This document shows, one piece after another, positions 21,186 through 30,749 of a stretch of DNA of 64,000 bases; the first letter of the stretch is position 1; each line of letters opens with the position of its first letter. Origin of the DNA: Candidatus Poribacteria bacterium (lineage in GTDB: Bacteria; Poribacteria; WGA-4E; WGA-3G); the NCBI GenBank assembly GCA_963663765.2, contig CAXXUA010000005.1:480001-544000 (forward strand). Direction: 5' to 3'. The position numbers were made by a program, and so were the translations under genes. The notes beneath the pieces were generated by a model, which saw only the letters and a list, made by a program, of their open reading frames with translations, was not told where the DNA came from and ran no database searches.

Positions 21186-22094
21186 ATGAGTATTTATCGT
21201 TTTTTTTTCAAGCCAAGTATGCAATTCTCTTTTTTCCAGTTAGTTGGAATGCTTACAGTCGTTTCTGGGGTGATTCTTTTCTCTATTCTCCACCTGGACG
21301 GTGAACAAGACAGTGCCAGAGAGGCACGGCTGATGCAACGTCTTGATGATGCCCGCGCCGAAGTTCTGTCCCTAAAAAAAGCGGCGGAAACCAAACGAAA
21401 CGGTACCCCCCGCTCCGCCTCTGCGTCGCTAAAGGTCTCCTCCGAGACGGAGACCGAGACACCCGCTGTGCACGCGGCCGACGACAGCGATGTTTCCATA
21501 TCCGACGACAGCGATGTTTCCATATCCGACGACACGTTGGAAGTTGTGCATACAGGGCCTCTCAAAGGTCTACCGCTGGATCTCGCCAAGAAAATCCATA
21601 AAGAATATACCGCTGCGTCCCTTGCGCGTGCAAAGCGGTATCACGAATGGGATCTTCGGAGAAAGGACTTTAAAGAAAGGGAGGGGGCATTGTTTGAAAA
21701 AGAATTAGCCCATAAGGATGTCCTAATCGCTAATTCAAAGAAGCGTGCCGAGATAATCTTAACGATTTATGCGCGTATGTCCCCCGAACAACTCGAGTCC
21801 GCGCGGGAAGAGGCATTGAAAACGCAGCCCGCCGAGGTTGTCGATAGTTTTTTTAAGCAAATCGCGGTGTCCCGCACCGACAAGTCCCCTGAGGAGATAA
21901 ACCAGGCGATGCAGGACGTCGAGAAAACTCACGAAGCTCTGGGGATAGAGCAGCAGAAATTGGTAGCGGAGCGGGAACAAATCACGCGCGAGGAGAAAGA
22001 ACTTCAGGACACAAAGCCCCTCCCACCGAATTTAGGTTTGGACGAGTTTTACACAGAATGGAAAAAACGTAATAGTCCAAAGCCCGCACCATAG
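21186..22094 (+). CDS. Membrane-anchored coiled-coil hypothetical protein with a 24-bp internal tandem repeat
   Basis: N-terminal TM helix; DDSDVSIS repeated at about 21478-21533; visibly GC-richer than its neighbours. Confidence 0.7.
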   Translation: MSIYRFFFKPSMQFSFFQLVGMLTVVSGVILFSILHLDGEQDSAREARLMQRLDDARAEVLSLKKAAETKRNGTPRSASASLKVSSETETETPAVHAADDSDVSISDDSDVSISDDTLEVVHTGPLKGLPLDLAKKIHKEYTAASLARAKRYHEWDLRRKDFKEREGALFEKELAHKDVLIANSKKRAEIILTIYARMSPEQLESAREEALKTQPAEVVDSFFKQIAVSRTDKSPEEINQAMQDVEKTHEALGIEQQKLVAEREQITREEKELQDTKPLPPNLGLDEFYTEWKKRNSPKPAP

Positions 22095-22127
22095 TGGGCT
22101 TTGGGCATAAACCTCAATGGAGTGTTT

Positions 22128-22793
22128 TTATTGATTCGACTTCACAGATGCCCATTGCGTTGTCAATTTGTCTTTCGCATCAACAGGAAGTACTACTTCA
22201 ACGGTCATATCATCTTCCGGTTCACCTTGAAAGTAACGGAAGTTATCAAGCCAGAAATCAACATCCGATTGTGCGATAGCTAAACCGACCCACATCTGTC
22301 TGTCAACATCTGCTATTGAAGCAAAAGTGTAAGAATATTCCACCCATTCTGTTGTTAGATTGAAGGTTTTACCTTGACCGTGAAAGTTTGTCCAAGGATC
22401 CGCTTGTAGTTGAACGCTTATACTCACATCTCTCGGTTCTTCAGCGCGTGCCCAGAAAATTATCGTATAATCTTCCCCGCTTTTCATTGAAACACTCTGT
22501 TGATTAATCTTTGCATGCCAATCAATCCCAGTCGCAATGTGACCGACAATTTTTAGACATTGATCCCCATGTTGCGGGTCATCATCATCAATTTCCCACG
22601 TATATTGTGCCCCTCTCTCACAACACGTGCCATCCTCTAAGCTCCACGCTGCTAAGTCATCTTCAAAACTGTAGTTTTCAAGGAGGAGTTCTCCCTTTAC
22701 CCATTTTCCTAAATCTTGAGTTGTTCCTGCAAAAGCACTAAATCCTACAAATATAGCCATAATACCAACAATAATAATACGTATGCTATTCAC
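22128..22793 (-). CDS. Secreted CBM4/9-like carbohydrate-binding protein with C-terminal VDAKDKLTTQWASVK motif
   Basis: Signal peptide, N.SFE, Y.I.FWARA, WLDNFR. Confidence 0.75.
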   Translation of the reverse strand: MNSIRIIIVGIMAIFVGFSAFAGTTQDLGKWVKGELLLENYSFEDDLAAWSLEDGTCCERGAQYTWEIDDDDPQHGDQCLKIVGHIATGIDWHAKINQQSVSMKSGEDYTIIFWARAEEPRDVSISVQLQADPWTNFHGQGKTFNLTTEWVEYSYTFASIADVDRQMWVGLAIAQSDVDFWLDNFRYFQGEPEDDMTVEVVLPVDAKDKLTTQWASVKSNQ

Positions 22794-22967
22794 CTAATTT
22801 CTCCTTTTTCTCACTTTCTTATATGCACGTTAAAAAAACTATATTCTTATAAGCATAGACTGACATCAGACCATGAATGTATAACTGTATGAATTATGGA
22901 CAATAATACACAAATACCATTTTTCTGTCAACAACAAATTAACCTATGGGTGTGTAAAATTTTTGCT

Positions 22968-23613
22968 CCATAGGTGTCAATTTAAGAACAGGAATTACGC
23001 ACCCAACGGTAGGCGTGCTTTGTAAGCGCACCCCCCAACTGCAGGCGTGCTTTGTAAGCGCGCTCCCTAACTGCAGGCGTGCTTTGTAAGCGCACCCCAA
23101 TGGTAGGCGTGCTTTGTAAGCGCACCCCCTAACAGCACTCCCCTGCAGGCGTGCTTTGTAAGCGCACCCCCCAACTGCAGACGTGCTTTGTAAGCGCACC
23201 CCCCAACTGCAGGCGTGCTTTGTAAGCGCGCACCCCAACTGCAGGCGTGCTTTGTAAGCGCACCCCAACTGCAGGCGTGCTTTGTAAGCGCACCCCGATG
23301 GTAGGCGTGCTTTGTAAGCGCACCCCGATGGTAGGCGTGCTTTGTAAGCGCACCCCAACTGCAGGCGTGCTTTGTAAGCGCACCCAGATGGTAGGCGTGC
23401 TTTGTAAGCGCGCTGGCACATCACGTCTCAACAGCGCGCTTACAAAGCACGCCTACCGTGTGAGAAAATTTATTACCGAATTTAATAAATTAATCATCAT
23501 AAAGTTTGATGCTCAAATTGTCCAAATAATTATATGTTTTAGTATAATCGGGGTTGAAAACCCCTCCCACAAGAGAAAATACCAACACTTTTTTCTTAAA
23601 TTGACGCTTATGG
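22968..23613. mobile_element. MITE family A nested in the left TIR of family D, 17-bp TSD
   Basis: tgtgtaaaatttttgct|ccataggtgtcaatttaag ... cttaaattgacgcttatgg|tgtgtaaaatttttgct. Confidence 0.85.
23009..23456 (+). repeat. Tandem array of 13 ~30-bp REP-derived units plus one inverted copy
   Basis: G(T/C)AGGCGTGCTTTGTAAGCGC with C-rich ~10-bp linkers; ends with agcgcgcttacaaagcacgcctac. Confidence 0.92.
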
Positions 23614-23710
23614 TGTGTAAAATTTTTGCTCAAACTACTCATTCTTCATTGTAGGGCGGGGCTCTGTGCCCGCCCCAACTGATTAAATGAGAGATTGCGG
23701 GGCACAGAAC

Positions 23711-23853
23711 CCTAATGAGTTTTGACGTTCAAGTTGTGTATTCGTAGGGGCGTGGTTGCCACGCCCAATCTACGCAAACTTAAAAACCAAACGGGTTGGG
23801 GAACCCAACCCCTACGAATTCAACTACCGATTTGATTGTCAAACTTCATTAGG
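23711..23853. mobile_element. Small MITE with REP doublet
   Basis: cctaatgagttttgac ... gtcaaacttcattagg; internal gtaggggcgtgg / ccaacccctac. Confidence 0.65.
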
Positions 23854-24104
23854 TGTCAATATAAGGAAATATTGTTAATATCAACCATACGCTTCAGTCC
23901 CGTAGGGACGATATGTTTATAGAAATACATATCCTCACGTCTTTTTTAGTCCCGGAGGGACGATATGTTTAACCTTCTATGTCGTTCCTACGGAACTCAA
24001 GAGAGGGGTGATCGTCTTTTTATAAACATTGCGTCCCTACGGGACTAAAGAGAACAAAAGTGTGTACCTCTGTGCAAAATCTTTACACACCCTTTACCTA
24101 TGAC

Positions 24105-24294
24105 CAGGGTGATTCAGTTTTACCCATTTTACCTGTTTCTTGAGAAAATCGCGACTGGCAAATCAAGAAATCAACGGTATGAATGCGCGTATAGCATTCC
24201 CCGGGTACGAATGCCTTTTGGCATTCCACGGGTCGCCCCTACCGCGGAGTTTCTTTTTCAAAAAATCCAAAAATTAGGAAACTGAATAACCCTG
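24105..24294. mobile_element. Small MITE (TIR CAGGGT.ATTCAGTTT) containing a REP with nested micro-elements
   Basis: cagggtgattcagttt ... aaactgaataaccctg. Confidence 0.75.
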
Positions 24295-24303
24295 AATCTA
24301 TGA

Positions 24304-24433
24304 CAGAGGCATTCAATTGTCCGAATTGACTATTGTGGGAGGGGTTTGTAACCCCGATTTCAGAGACAAGCATAACAAATCGGGGTTACAAATCCCTCCT
24401 ACAAAGATGTATTGTGACAATTGAATGTCTCTG
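24304..24433. mobile_element. Small MITE (TIR CAGAG.CATTCAATTGTC) with REP doublet
   Basis: cagaggcattcaattgtc ... gacaattgaatgtctctg; internal REP same family as 4517-4586. Confidence 0.78.
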
Positions 24434-24743
24434 AACCTAAGGTGTATGTAAAGTCTTGGTTACTGTGCGTAGGGACCGGGTCTCCCCGTCCGAACAGAAA
24501 CTTTATACAGGCGGGAAACCTCGTCCCTACGATGTCCACAGTTCCCTAACGTCATACAAACTTTGATAGAAACTGGACGGACTTCTTCTAATATCAGGGT
24601 TTCAACAAAAACTTTACTCACTCATCAGTCACACGGATGTTTTTGTTGAAAATATTTTGCTATATATGCTAAAATGGTTTAACTTAATTACGGCATAGTT
24701 TGACCTATTCCGTGTGGTGAGAAAAGGAGAATACTCTAATAAA

Positions 24744-26819
24744 ATGAGACAATTTAGAACAGAAGCAATTAGGAATATTGGCATAATTGCTCATTCAGGG
24801 GCTGGTAAAACATCCCTGATTGAAGCGATGCTATATAATGGTGGTGCGATTGAGCGAATGGGTGCTGTGGATGATGGAAACACGGTAGCAGACTATGCCT
24901 CAGATGAGATAGACCGTAAGACATCACTTAGTTGTTCCGTGTGTATAGCGGAATGGGGTGATCACAAGTTGAATTTAATTGATACGCCGGGTGCGGAGGA
25001 TTTTTATGGTGATCTTCACAGTGTACTTCGGGTTGTGGATGCGGTTATTGTAGTCGTTGATGCAACGACTGGGGTGGAAGGCGGTACCGAAAAGGTATGG
25101 GAAGTGGCGAACAAGTACGAATTACCGCGGTTGATCTTTATCAACAAAATGGATAAAGAGAATGCGAGTTTTGAAAATGCACTTGCGAGTATTTCAGATA
25201 TATTGGAGATCCGTGCTGTCCCGGTGCAAATCCCAATTGGAAAAGAGGATGAATTCACAGGTATTGTAGATGTGATTCAGGATGGTGCGTTTCTTGAACC
25301 GAATGGAAACACACCAGTTGCGAAAACAGATGTTCCTGAGGAATTGACAGGAGCAGCAGAGGAATCTCGTGAAGCCCTTGTTGAAGTGGCTGCCGAGAGT
25401 GATGATGAGTTGATAGAAAAATTTTTTGAAGGTGAACTTTCTGAACAGGAGATTCAGAATGGTCTTCAAACCGGTATTCTTGAAACTCAGTTTGTGCCTG
25501 TGTTGTGTGGGGCTGCGTTGAAGAACATCGGCGTTCAGCAGTTGATGGATATGATTGTTAGTTGGTGTCCGTCTCCAGTTCAGGCGGGTGCAGTGCAAGA
25601 TGCTGAAGATGAATCCAAGACTCGCGAACCTTCACCTGACGAACCGTTATCTGCTGTTGTCTTCAAGACAATTGCGGACCCGTTTTCTGGTCAACTTAGT
25701 CTTTTCCGTGTGTATTCTGGGACATTGACAGGAGACATTCAAGCAAGGAATACGACTCGAGGACAAGTGGAACGTATTGGTAAACCCACATTCATGAATG
25801 GCAAAATTGCGATTAACACCGACAAGATTTCTGCTGGCGATATTGGTGCCCTTACCAAACTTGCTAACACACGTACTGGTGATACTTTGTCAGACACGGA
25901 TACTCCAATTAAACTTCCCGGTATTGAGTTTCCAAACACAGTAATCTCATTTGCTATTTCTCCTGCGCGCGAGGGTGATGATGAGAAATTGATTACTGGT
26001 TTGACACGTATAAGTGAAGAAGATCCATCGTTTCAGATTGACCGGAATGATGTAACGAAGCAGCTGCTTGTCTCCGGTTTAGGTGAGCTTCATATCACTG
26101 TCAATCGTGCAAGGATTGCTGAAAAATTTGGTGTTGAAACGAAAGTTGTCACTCCAAAAGTGCCTTATCGTGAGACAGTTCGTAGACCCGTAAAAGGAGT
26201 GCAAGAGAGGCACAAGAAGCAGTCTGGTGGTAAGGGTCAATTCGGTGATGTTACTATCAATCTTTCACCTTTGGAACGTGGAACTGGTTTTGAGTTTATT
26301 AACAATATCAAGGGTGGTGTAATTCCTCAAAATTATATCCCCGCCGTAGAGAAGGGCATCCGTCAAAGGATGGATCGGGGTGTACTTGTTGGTTATCCGT
26401 TAGTTGATATCCAAATTGACCTTTATGATGGCAAGTATCATCAGGTGGATTCATCGGATATGGCGTTCCAAATTGCGGGTTCTATGGCATTTTCGACAGC
26501 GGTGCAGCAAGCAGATCCTTGTCTTCTTGAACCGATCATGAAGGTATCAATATCCGTTCCTGATCAGTATATGGGTAATATCATAGGCGATCTGAATGGT
26601 CGTCGTGGTCAAGTGCTGGGTGTTGATCAGATGGGTAAACGTCAGGTTATACAAGCGATGGTGCCGCAATCAGAGATGCTTCGTTATTCTATTGATTTGA
26701 AGTCTATGACGAGTGCACGTGGGAATTTCACGATGGAATTTGAGCGCTATGACATCGTTCCTGATGACGTTGCTCAGAAGGTAATTGCTGCATCTAAAAC
26801 GGAAGAGGAAGAGGCATAA
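24744..26819 (+). CDS. fusA: Elongation factor G paralog (EF-G2-like)
   Basis: RNIGIIAHSGAGKTS, DTPG, NKMD, GLGELH, PKVPYRET, HKKQSGG.GQFG, DSS; divergent G1 and standalone location. Confidence 0.88.
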   Translation: MRQFRTEAIRNIGIIAHSGAGKTSLIEAMLYNGGAIERMGAVDDGNTVADYASDEIDRKTSLSCSVCIAEWGDHKLNLIDTPGAEDFYGDLHSVLRVVDAVIVVVDATTGVEGGTEKVWEVANKYELPRLIFINKMDKENASFENALASISDILEIRAVPVQIPIGKEDEFTGIVDVIQDGAFLEPNGNTPVAKTDVPEELTGAAEESREALVEVAAESDDELIEKFFEGELSEQEIQNGLQTGILETQFVPVLCGAALKNIGVQQLMDMIVSWCPSPVQAGAVQDAEDESKTREPSPDEPLSAVVFKTIADPFSGQLSLFRVYSGTLTGDIQARNTTRGQVERIGKPTFMNGKIAINTDKISAGDIGALTKLANTRTGDTLSDTDTPIKLPGIEFPNTVISFAISPAREGDDEKLITGLTRISEEDPSFQIDRNDVTKQLLVSGLGELHITVNRARIAEKFGVETKVVTPKVPYRETVRRPVKGVQERHKKQSGGKGQFGDVTINLSPLERGTGFEFINNIKGGVIPQNYIPAVEKGIRQRMDRGVLVGYPLVDIQIDLYDGKYHQVDSSDMAFQIAGSMAFSTAVQQADPCLLEPIMKVSISVPDQYMGNIIGDLNGRRGQVLGVDQMGKRQVIQAMVPQSEMLRYSIDLKSMTSARGNFTMEFERYDIVPDDVAQKVIAASKTEEEEA

Positions 26820-26861
26820 TTTTTCTGTGTGTTATTATAGATGATAGTTTTTCTCCTTTTA

Positions 26862-26996
26862 TGTAGGTGCATTCTTTTCGGATAGGATGCACCTATTGCT
26901 TGTAATACCCAATTCACGTGAACTGTATTGCTAATTGTGCGGTTAGGAAACCGCACCTACCATCGGAAAAAGATAAATCCCGTCAATTTGGTATTA
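26862..26996. repeat. REP palindromes and a small TA-ended MITE (26903-26996)
   Basis: taatacccaattcacg ... cgtcaatttggtatta; gtgcggttaggaaaccgcacctac. Confidence 0.6.
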
Positions 26997-27011
26997 GTTA
27001 GGTAATTAAAC

Positions 27012-27512
27012 GTGTTTGAAGAAAAAAAACATTTACATCGCTACTTCCTTATCTGCTGCTGTATGCTTGTGTTGGTTGGTTGTGGTTCTGGTGAAATCCA
27101 GAATTTTGAGGGGATTCAGGCACTTATGGATCCGCGTACGGATCGGTTGGAAATTAGGATTTATCTGCTTGATAGACACGGAAATGCATTAATCTGGAAT
27201 CAGAGTATCCTGAGTCCGAGTGTTGGTGTAAGTACGATTTCGGAAGCGGATTTTATTACACATGCCGAGGTTTACTCAATGCGCGATGGTAAGAGACATA
27301 AAAAAGTGTATGATGGTAGATTGGTTGATGTGCGTTGGTCACAAGAACCGAATAGCCTTGAAAGACTCTTGAGTGCTGAGATTCCACGTGCGCTTATTGA
27401 GGAAGACCTTGAACGTGATACGCATTTGGGAGTGATTGTAGTTGAAGTCAAGACAGATAAACAGGGGCCTTTTACGGATACGATTGATGAGACATCGATA
27501 TATCGGGATTAG
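27012..27512 (+). CDS. Hypothetical lipoprotein
   Basis: LVGC lipobox. Confidence 0.65.
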   Translation: MFEEKKHLHRYFLICCCMLVLVGCGSGEIQNFEGIQALMDPRTDRLEIRIYLLDRHGNALIWNQSILSPSVGVSTISEADFITHAEVYSMRDGKRHKKVYDGRLVDVRWSQEPNSLERLLSAEIPRALIEEDLERDTHLGVIVVEVKTDKQGPFTDTIDETSIYRD

Positions 27513-27514
27513 TT

Positions 27515-28375
27515 ATGCCAATACACACGCAGGACTATAGACATTGGGAAGGTACACTGAACCCGCGTATGCGGACACGTTGGTGGATAATTGCTAAAGC
27601 GGAGTTAAAGCTGCTTGCTAAGCGTAAGATTGTGCGCCTAATTGTTGCTATTCCGCCTGTAATCTATGTTTTGGTGCATGGTATATTGATATATGTGATG
27701 AATGTCATTCCTGAGGATGCTGTTTGGTTTGATATTGACACCAGTTTTTTTCAGGGATTTGTATTTAGGATGCTGCCGTTTCCAACGGCATTTTTGCTTG
27801 CCTTAGTTGTAATATTTGGAGGTGCGGGGTTAATTGCGGATGATCTTAAGCATAATTCTCTTTCACTTTATCTGTCTAAACCGATTTCTTGGATAGATTA
27901 CGTCATCGGTAAGTTTGCGGTGATTGGTATTTTACTTTTGTGTATGACCTTAGTTCCTGGTTTGCTGTTGTTTTTGGAACAATCATTGTTGACTGATGAA
28001 CCTTTCATTCAAAAACATTTTTGGTTGCCTTTTTCAATTATCATTTATTCGGTAATCATAACAGTTATCTCAGGTTTGTTGATGTTGGTGTTCTCATCAC
28101 TTACGACCAATTTGCGTTATGCTACGATAGGATTTTGTGCGGTGTGGTTCGGTCTTCCCGTAGTGCATTTAATTTTGAAAGAAGTATTTCGTACAAGTTC
28201 AGTTGGTATTGTATCTATTTGGGCAAATTTTGATCGTTTGGGGTCAACCCTATTTGGTGTGAGTAGTAATTATGATATACATTGGTCAATGTCGTTACTG
28301 TTTTTGGCTGCGTTGGGTGTGGGTTGTATTTTGGTTTTACGCCATCGGATTCGTGCTGTGGAGATAGTGAAATAG
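27515..28375 (+). CDS. ABC-2 type transporter permease
   Basis: G.GLIADD.....L.LYLSKPI...DY..GK; 6 TM helices. Confidence 0.85.
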   Translation: MPIHTQDYRHWEGTLNPRMRTRWWIIAKAELKLLAKRKIVRLIVAIPPVIYVLVHGILIYVMNVIPEDAVWFDIDTSFFQGFVFRMLPFPTAFLLALVVIFGGAGLIADDLKHNSLSLYLSKPISWIDYVIGKFAVIGILLLCMTLVPGLLLFLEQSLLTDEPFIQKHFWLPFSIIIYSVIITVISGLLMLVFSSLTTNLRYATIGFCAVWFGLPVVHLILKEVFRTSSVGIVSIWANFDRLGSTLFGVSSNYDIHWSMSLLFLAALGVGCILVLRHRIRAVEIVK

Positions 28376-28384
28376 GCTGGTTCT

Positions 28385-29245
28385 TTACAATAATCTTGCG
28401 CCGTTTGCGTCCCACATTTCCTCCTCAGTATATTCCTGTGGGGGATTTATTTTTGTTAGAGTTGGTTGCCAATTGGGTTTGAATTGATGTATCAGTCGTA
28501 CAGCATTTCTATAAGAAATATCTTTTTTCGTGTTATCATCAAGATTAGTGGATTCTAGCTGTGATTGGACAAGTCGAAAGTCGTAGTAGGGTAGGTCACT
28601 GCCGAACATGAGCCTGTTAGCTGCAAGGTTTTCTACGAGATGTACGATGTCCCAACTTTCATCTGCGCCTTCAGGTTTCTGTGCGATGTCATACCAGATA
28701 TTTTCCTGATTACTACAATGTACAATTGCATCCATGTGTCCTGCTTTGTTCATTGAGACATGCCCGATGATGAAGGTAATTGTGGGAAACTTTTGTGCAT
28801 ACGCAGCGATGTTCTGTGTTGATCCAGCTTGATGTAGCAGACATAATCCGTTGTGTTTTGCCACGACCTCAAGAAAGGCATATAATTCCCCACCAAGAGA
28901 ATGTCCGGATAAAGCTGGATGACATGCGAATCCAACCAGTCCATCTTCAGACATAGTTCTATCCAGTTCATCCACACCTGCCTGCTCATGTCGGACTTCT
29001 ACAATGGCGAGTCCTATAGGAAAACGTTGCGGATACATGTGGCATGCGTTTGCGATAACCTTGTTCTGTTCGCGTGTGTCTAAGACACCCCGTGCCTGTG
29101 GTCCTCCTGCTGTGGGACATGGTATTGCAGCGATCACTCCTGCGCACGCCATCCGTGCCAGACACTTGTCCACGTTTTGTCCTACCACGGGAGCGCGTGA
29201 CACTGTCATTCCGATGTGGCAATGCACGTCAATATAGGAACGCAT
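28385..29245 (-). CDS. Amidohydrolase_2 family protein
   Basis: DVHCH and FGSDLPY. Confidence 0.85.
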   Translation of the reverse strand: MRSYIDVHCHIGMTVSRAPVVGQNVDKCLARMACAGVIAAIPCPTAGGPQARGVLDTREQNKVIANACHMYPQRFPIGLAIVEVRHEQAGVDELDRTMSEDGLVGFACHPALSGHSLGGELYAFLEVVAKHNGLCLLHQAGSTQNIAAYAQKFPTITFIIGHVSMNKAGHMDAIVHCSNQENIWYDIAQKPEGADESWDIVHLVENLAANRLMFGSDLPYYDFRLVQSQLESTNLDDNTKKDISYRNAVRLIHQFKPNWQPTLTKINPPQEYTEEEMWDANGARLL

Positions 29246-29268
29246 AGGTTTACCTTTATGTATATTTA

Positions 29269-30741
29269 ACGACCTGTTTTAGTTAACTTAATGTTTGTAT
29301 TATTATCACACCTATTAAGCTTGTGTTATTAACATATCGTCCCTACCAAATCAACGCCAAATGCGCGTTTGGCATTTGGCGGGACTAAAGATAGGGTATT
29401 CAACGTTTTTCTATAAAAATATCGTCCCTACGGGACTAAATGGTTCACTCTTTAAGTCTTTGCGATATTTCTTCAATTGAAGTTCCATAGGGTTCTAACT
29501 TGTATCTCGGTTGCTCTTGTGGGTCTTTCTTCCAATGGTAAGGGTGTTTATGGACATTCCACCAACACACCGCGCACTCAATGGATTCGATGAGTTCATC
29601 TTGTGTCTCAAACTTTCTCCCTTTCAATGCCAGTGATCTGAGTTGTTTCCACCAAGGTTCTATCAGGTTTAACCAACACGCATATTTCGGAATAAACTGA
29701 ACTCCTACCTCCGGCCACACCAATAATGCGGTTTTTACATCACGACTATGGTGAGTAGAAAGATTGTCTTCAATCAAAAGCCGCTTGTCTGATGGAAACT
29801 TCTCTATGATTTTCTCAAGCAATGCTATATGACTTGCACTATCCCTCCTCTGAAATCACTATTTCCTCTTGACCCGTCGCACGTTCAAACACATCATGAA
29901 CCCATACTTTACCACGACGACCATAGTCCAGTTCAAAGGTCACACGACCCACACCGCGTTGCCAAACTTCACCGGATATGTTTTAGCTTCTATCGGTCCC
30001 ATCTCATCAATACAGACAACACAAGTATTAGGCGGCGGGGAACGATACGCCGCTATAACAGTCCCCTTTTTTCTACAACTCTTTGTCTTGCTTCTCCGCT
30101 TCACGAAACCAACTTTGTTGACGCTTCAAACGCAATCCCTCTTCATTTAGCCACTCCCAGATTGTTGAATCAGAAAGATGAATACCTGTTCTTTCTTTAA
30201 ATGCCGTTTGCAACCGTATCAATGTCCACAACTCAAATGGATAACCGAGACTACGCGGATTTTGCATTGCTAAATCTATGAGTTTCCCTCGCACCTCTGT
30301 TGAATGCACACGCGGTTTCCCACTTTTCGGCTTATCTGTGAGCCCTGGGATACCCGCTTCATTGAACCTTTTGACCCAACAGGGACCAGAGTTATCCGAC
30401 TTGAAACCCACATTTATTCCTGCTTGAGTAGCTGTCAGTGTCTCGTCATCAAGCATGCTAACAATCAATTTCGCACGCTGCACCATCCGATAGGAATGTG
30501 TGCGTGAACTCGCAAGTCTCCTCAATTCAACGTTTTCTTCCTCATTAACCTCACGAATGTGATGTATTCGTTTTCCCATCTCAATTCTCCTCTCCATTTT
30601 TTGAATTTAATAGATAGAAGAATTATACCAAAATATCTTGGCGAGTCAACCACTAAATAAGAAATCAACTCTTGAAAAAACTAAGAAAGCGTCTGCAATT
30701 GTGAAGCACTACATTACAAATAGTTATTTAGCACAACTCGT
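29269..30741 (-). mobile_element. MITE family C, 7-bp TSD ATATTTA, hosting an IS630
   Basis: atattta|acgacctgttttagttaact ... agttatttagcacaactcgt|atattta. Confidence 0.82.
29439..30653 (-). mobile_element. IS630-family insertion sequence with TA duplication; transposase decayed
   Basis: HTH ORF 30073..30597 and DDE_3 portion (DEMGP, DNLSTH, P.YA.WLN.IE.WW) ending 29445; AAAAAAG slippery site plus extra frameshifts; ends aatggttcactc / gagtcaaccac flanked by TA. Confidence 0.88.
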
Positions 30742-30749
30742 ATATTTAT

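Larger units (their letters stand above)
22948..24092. mobile_element. Outer MITE family D (TIR GGGTGTGTAAA..TTTTGC), ~9-bp TSD
   Basis: ttaacctat|gggtgtgtaaaatttttgc ... gcaaaatctttacacaccc|tttacctat. Confidence 0.75.

Noticed and set aside
23009-23456. CRISPR array
   Set aside because: Linkers are about 10 bp and repeat each other; there is no leader or cas gene; the unit is a REP arm.
22939-23654. Repetitive ORFs (CAYKARLQLG etc.)
   Set aside because: Translations of the 30-bp tandem repeat, open in several frames.
29439-30653. IS630 as the autonomous partner of MITE family C
   Set aside because: It has its own ends and a TA duplication inside the MITE, whereas family C makes 7-bp TSDs.
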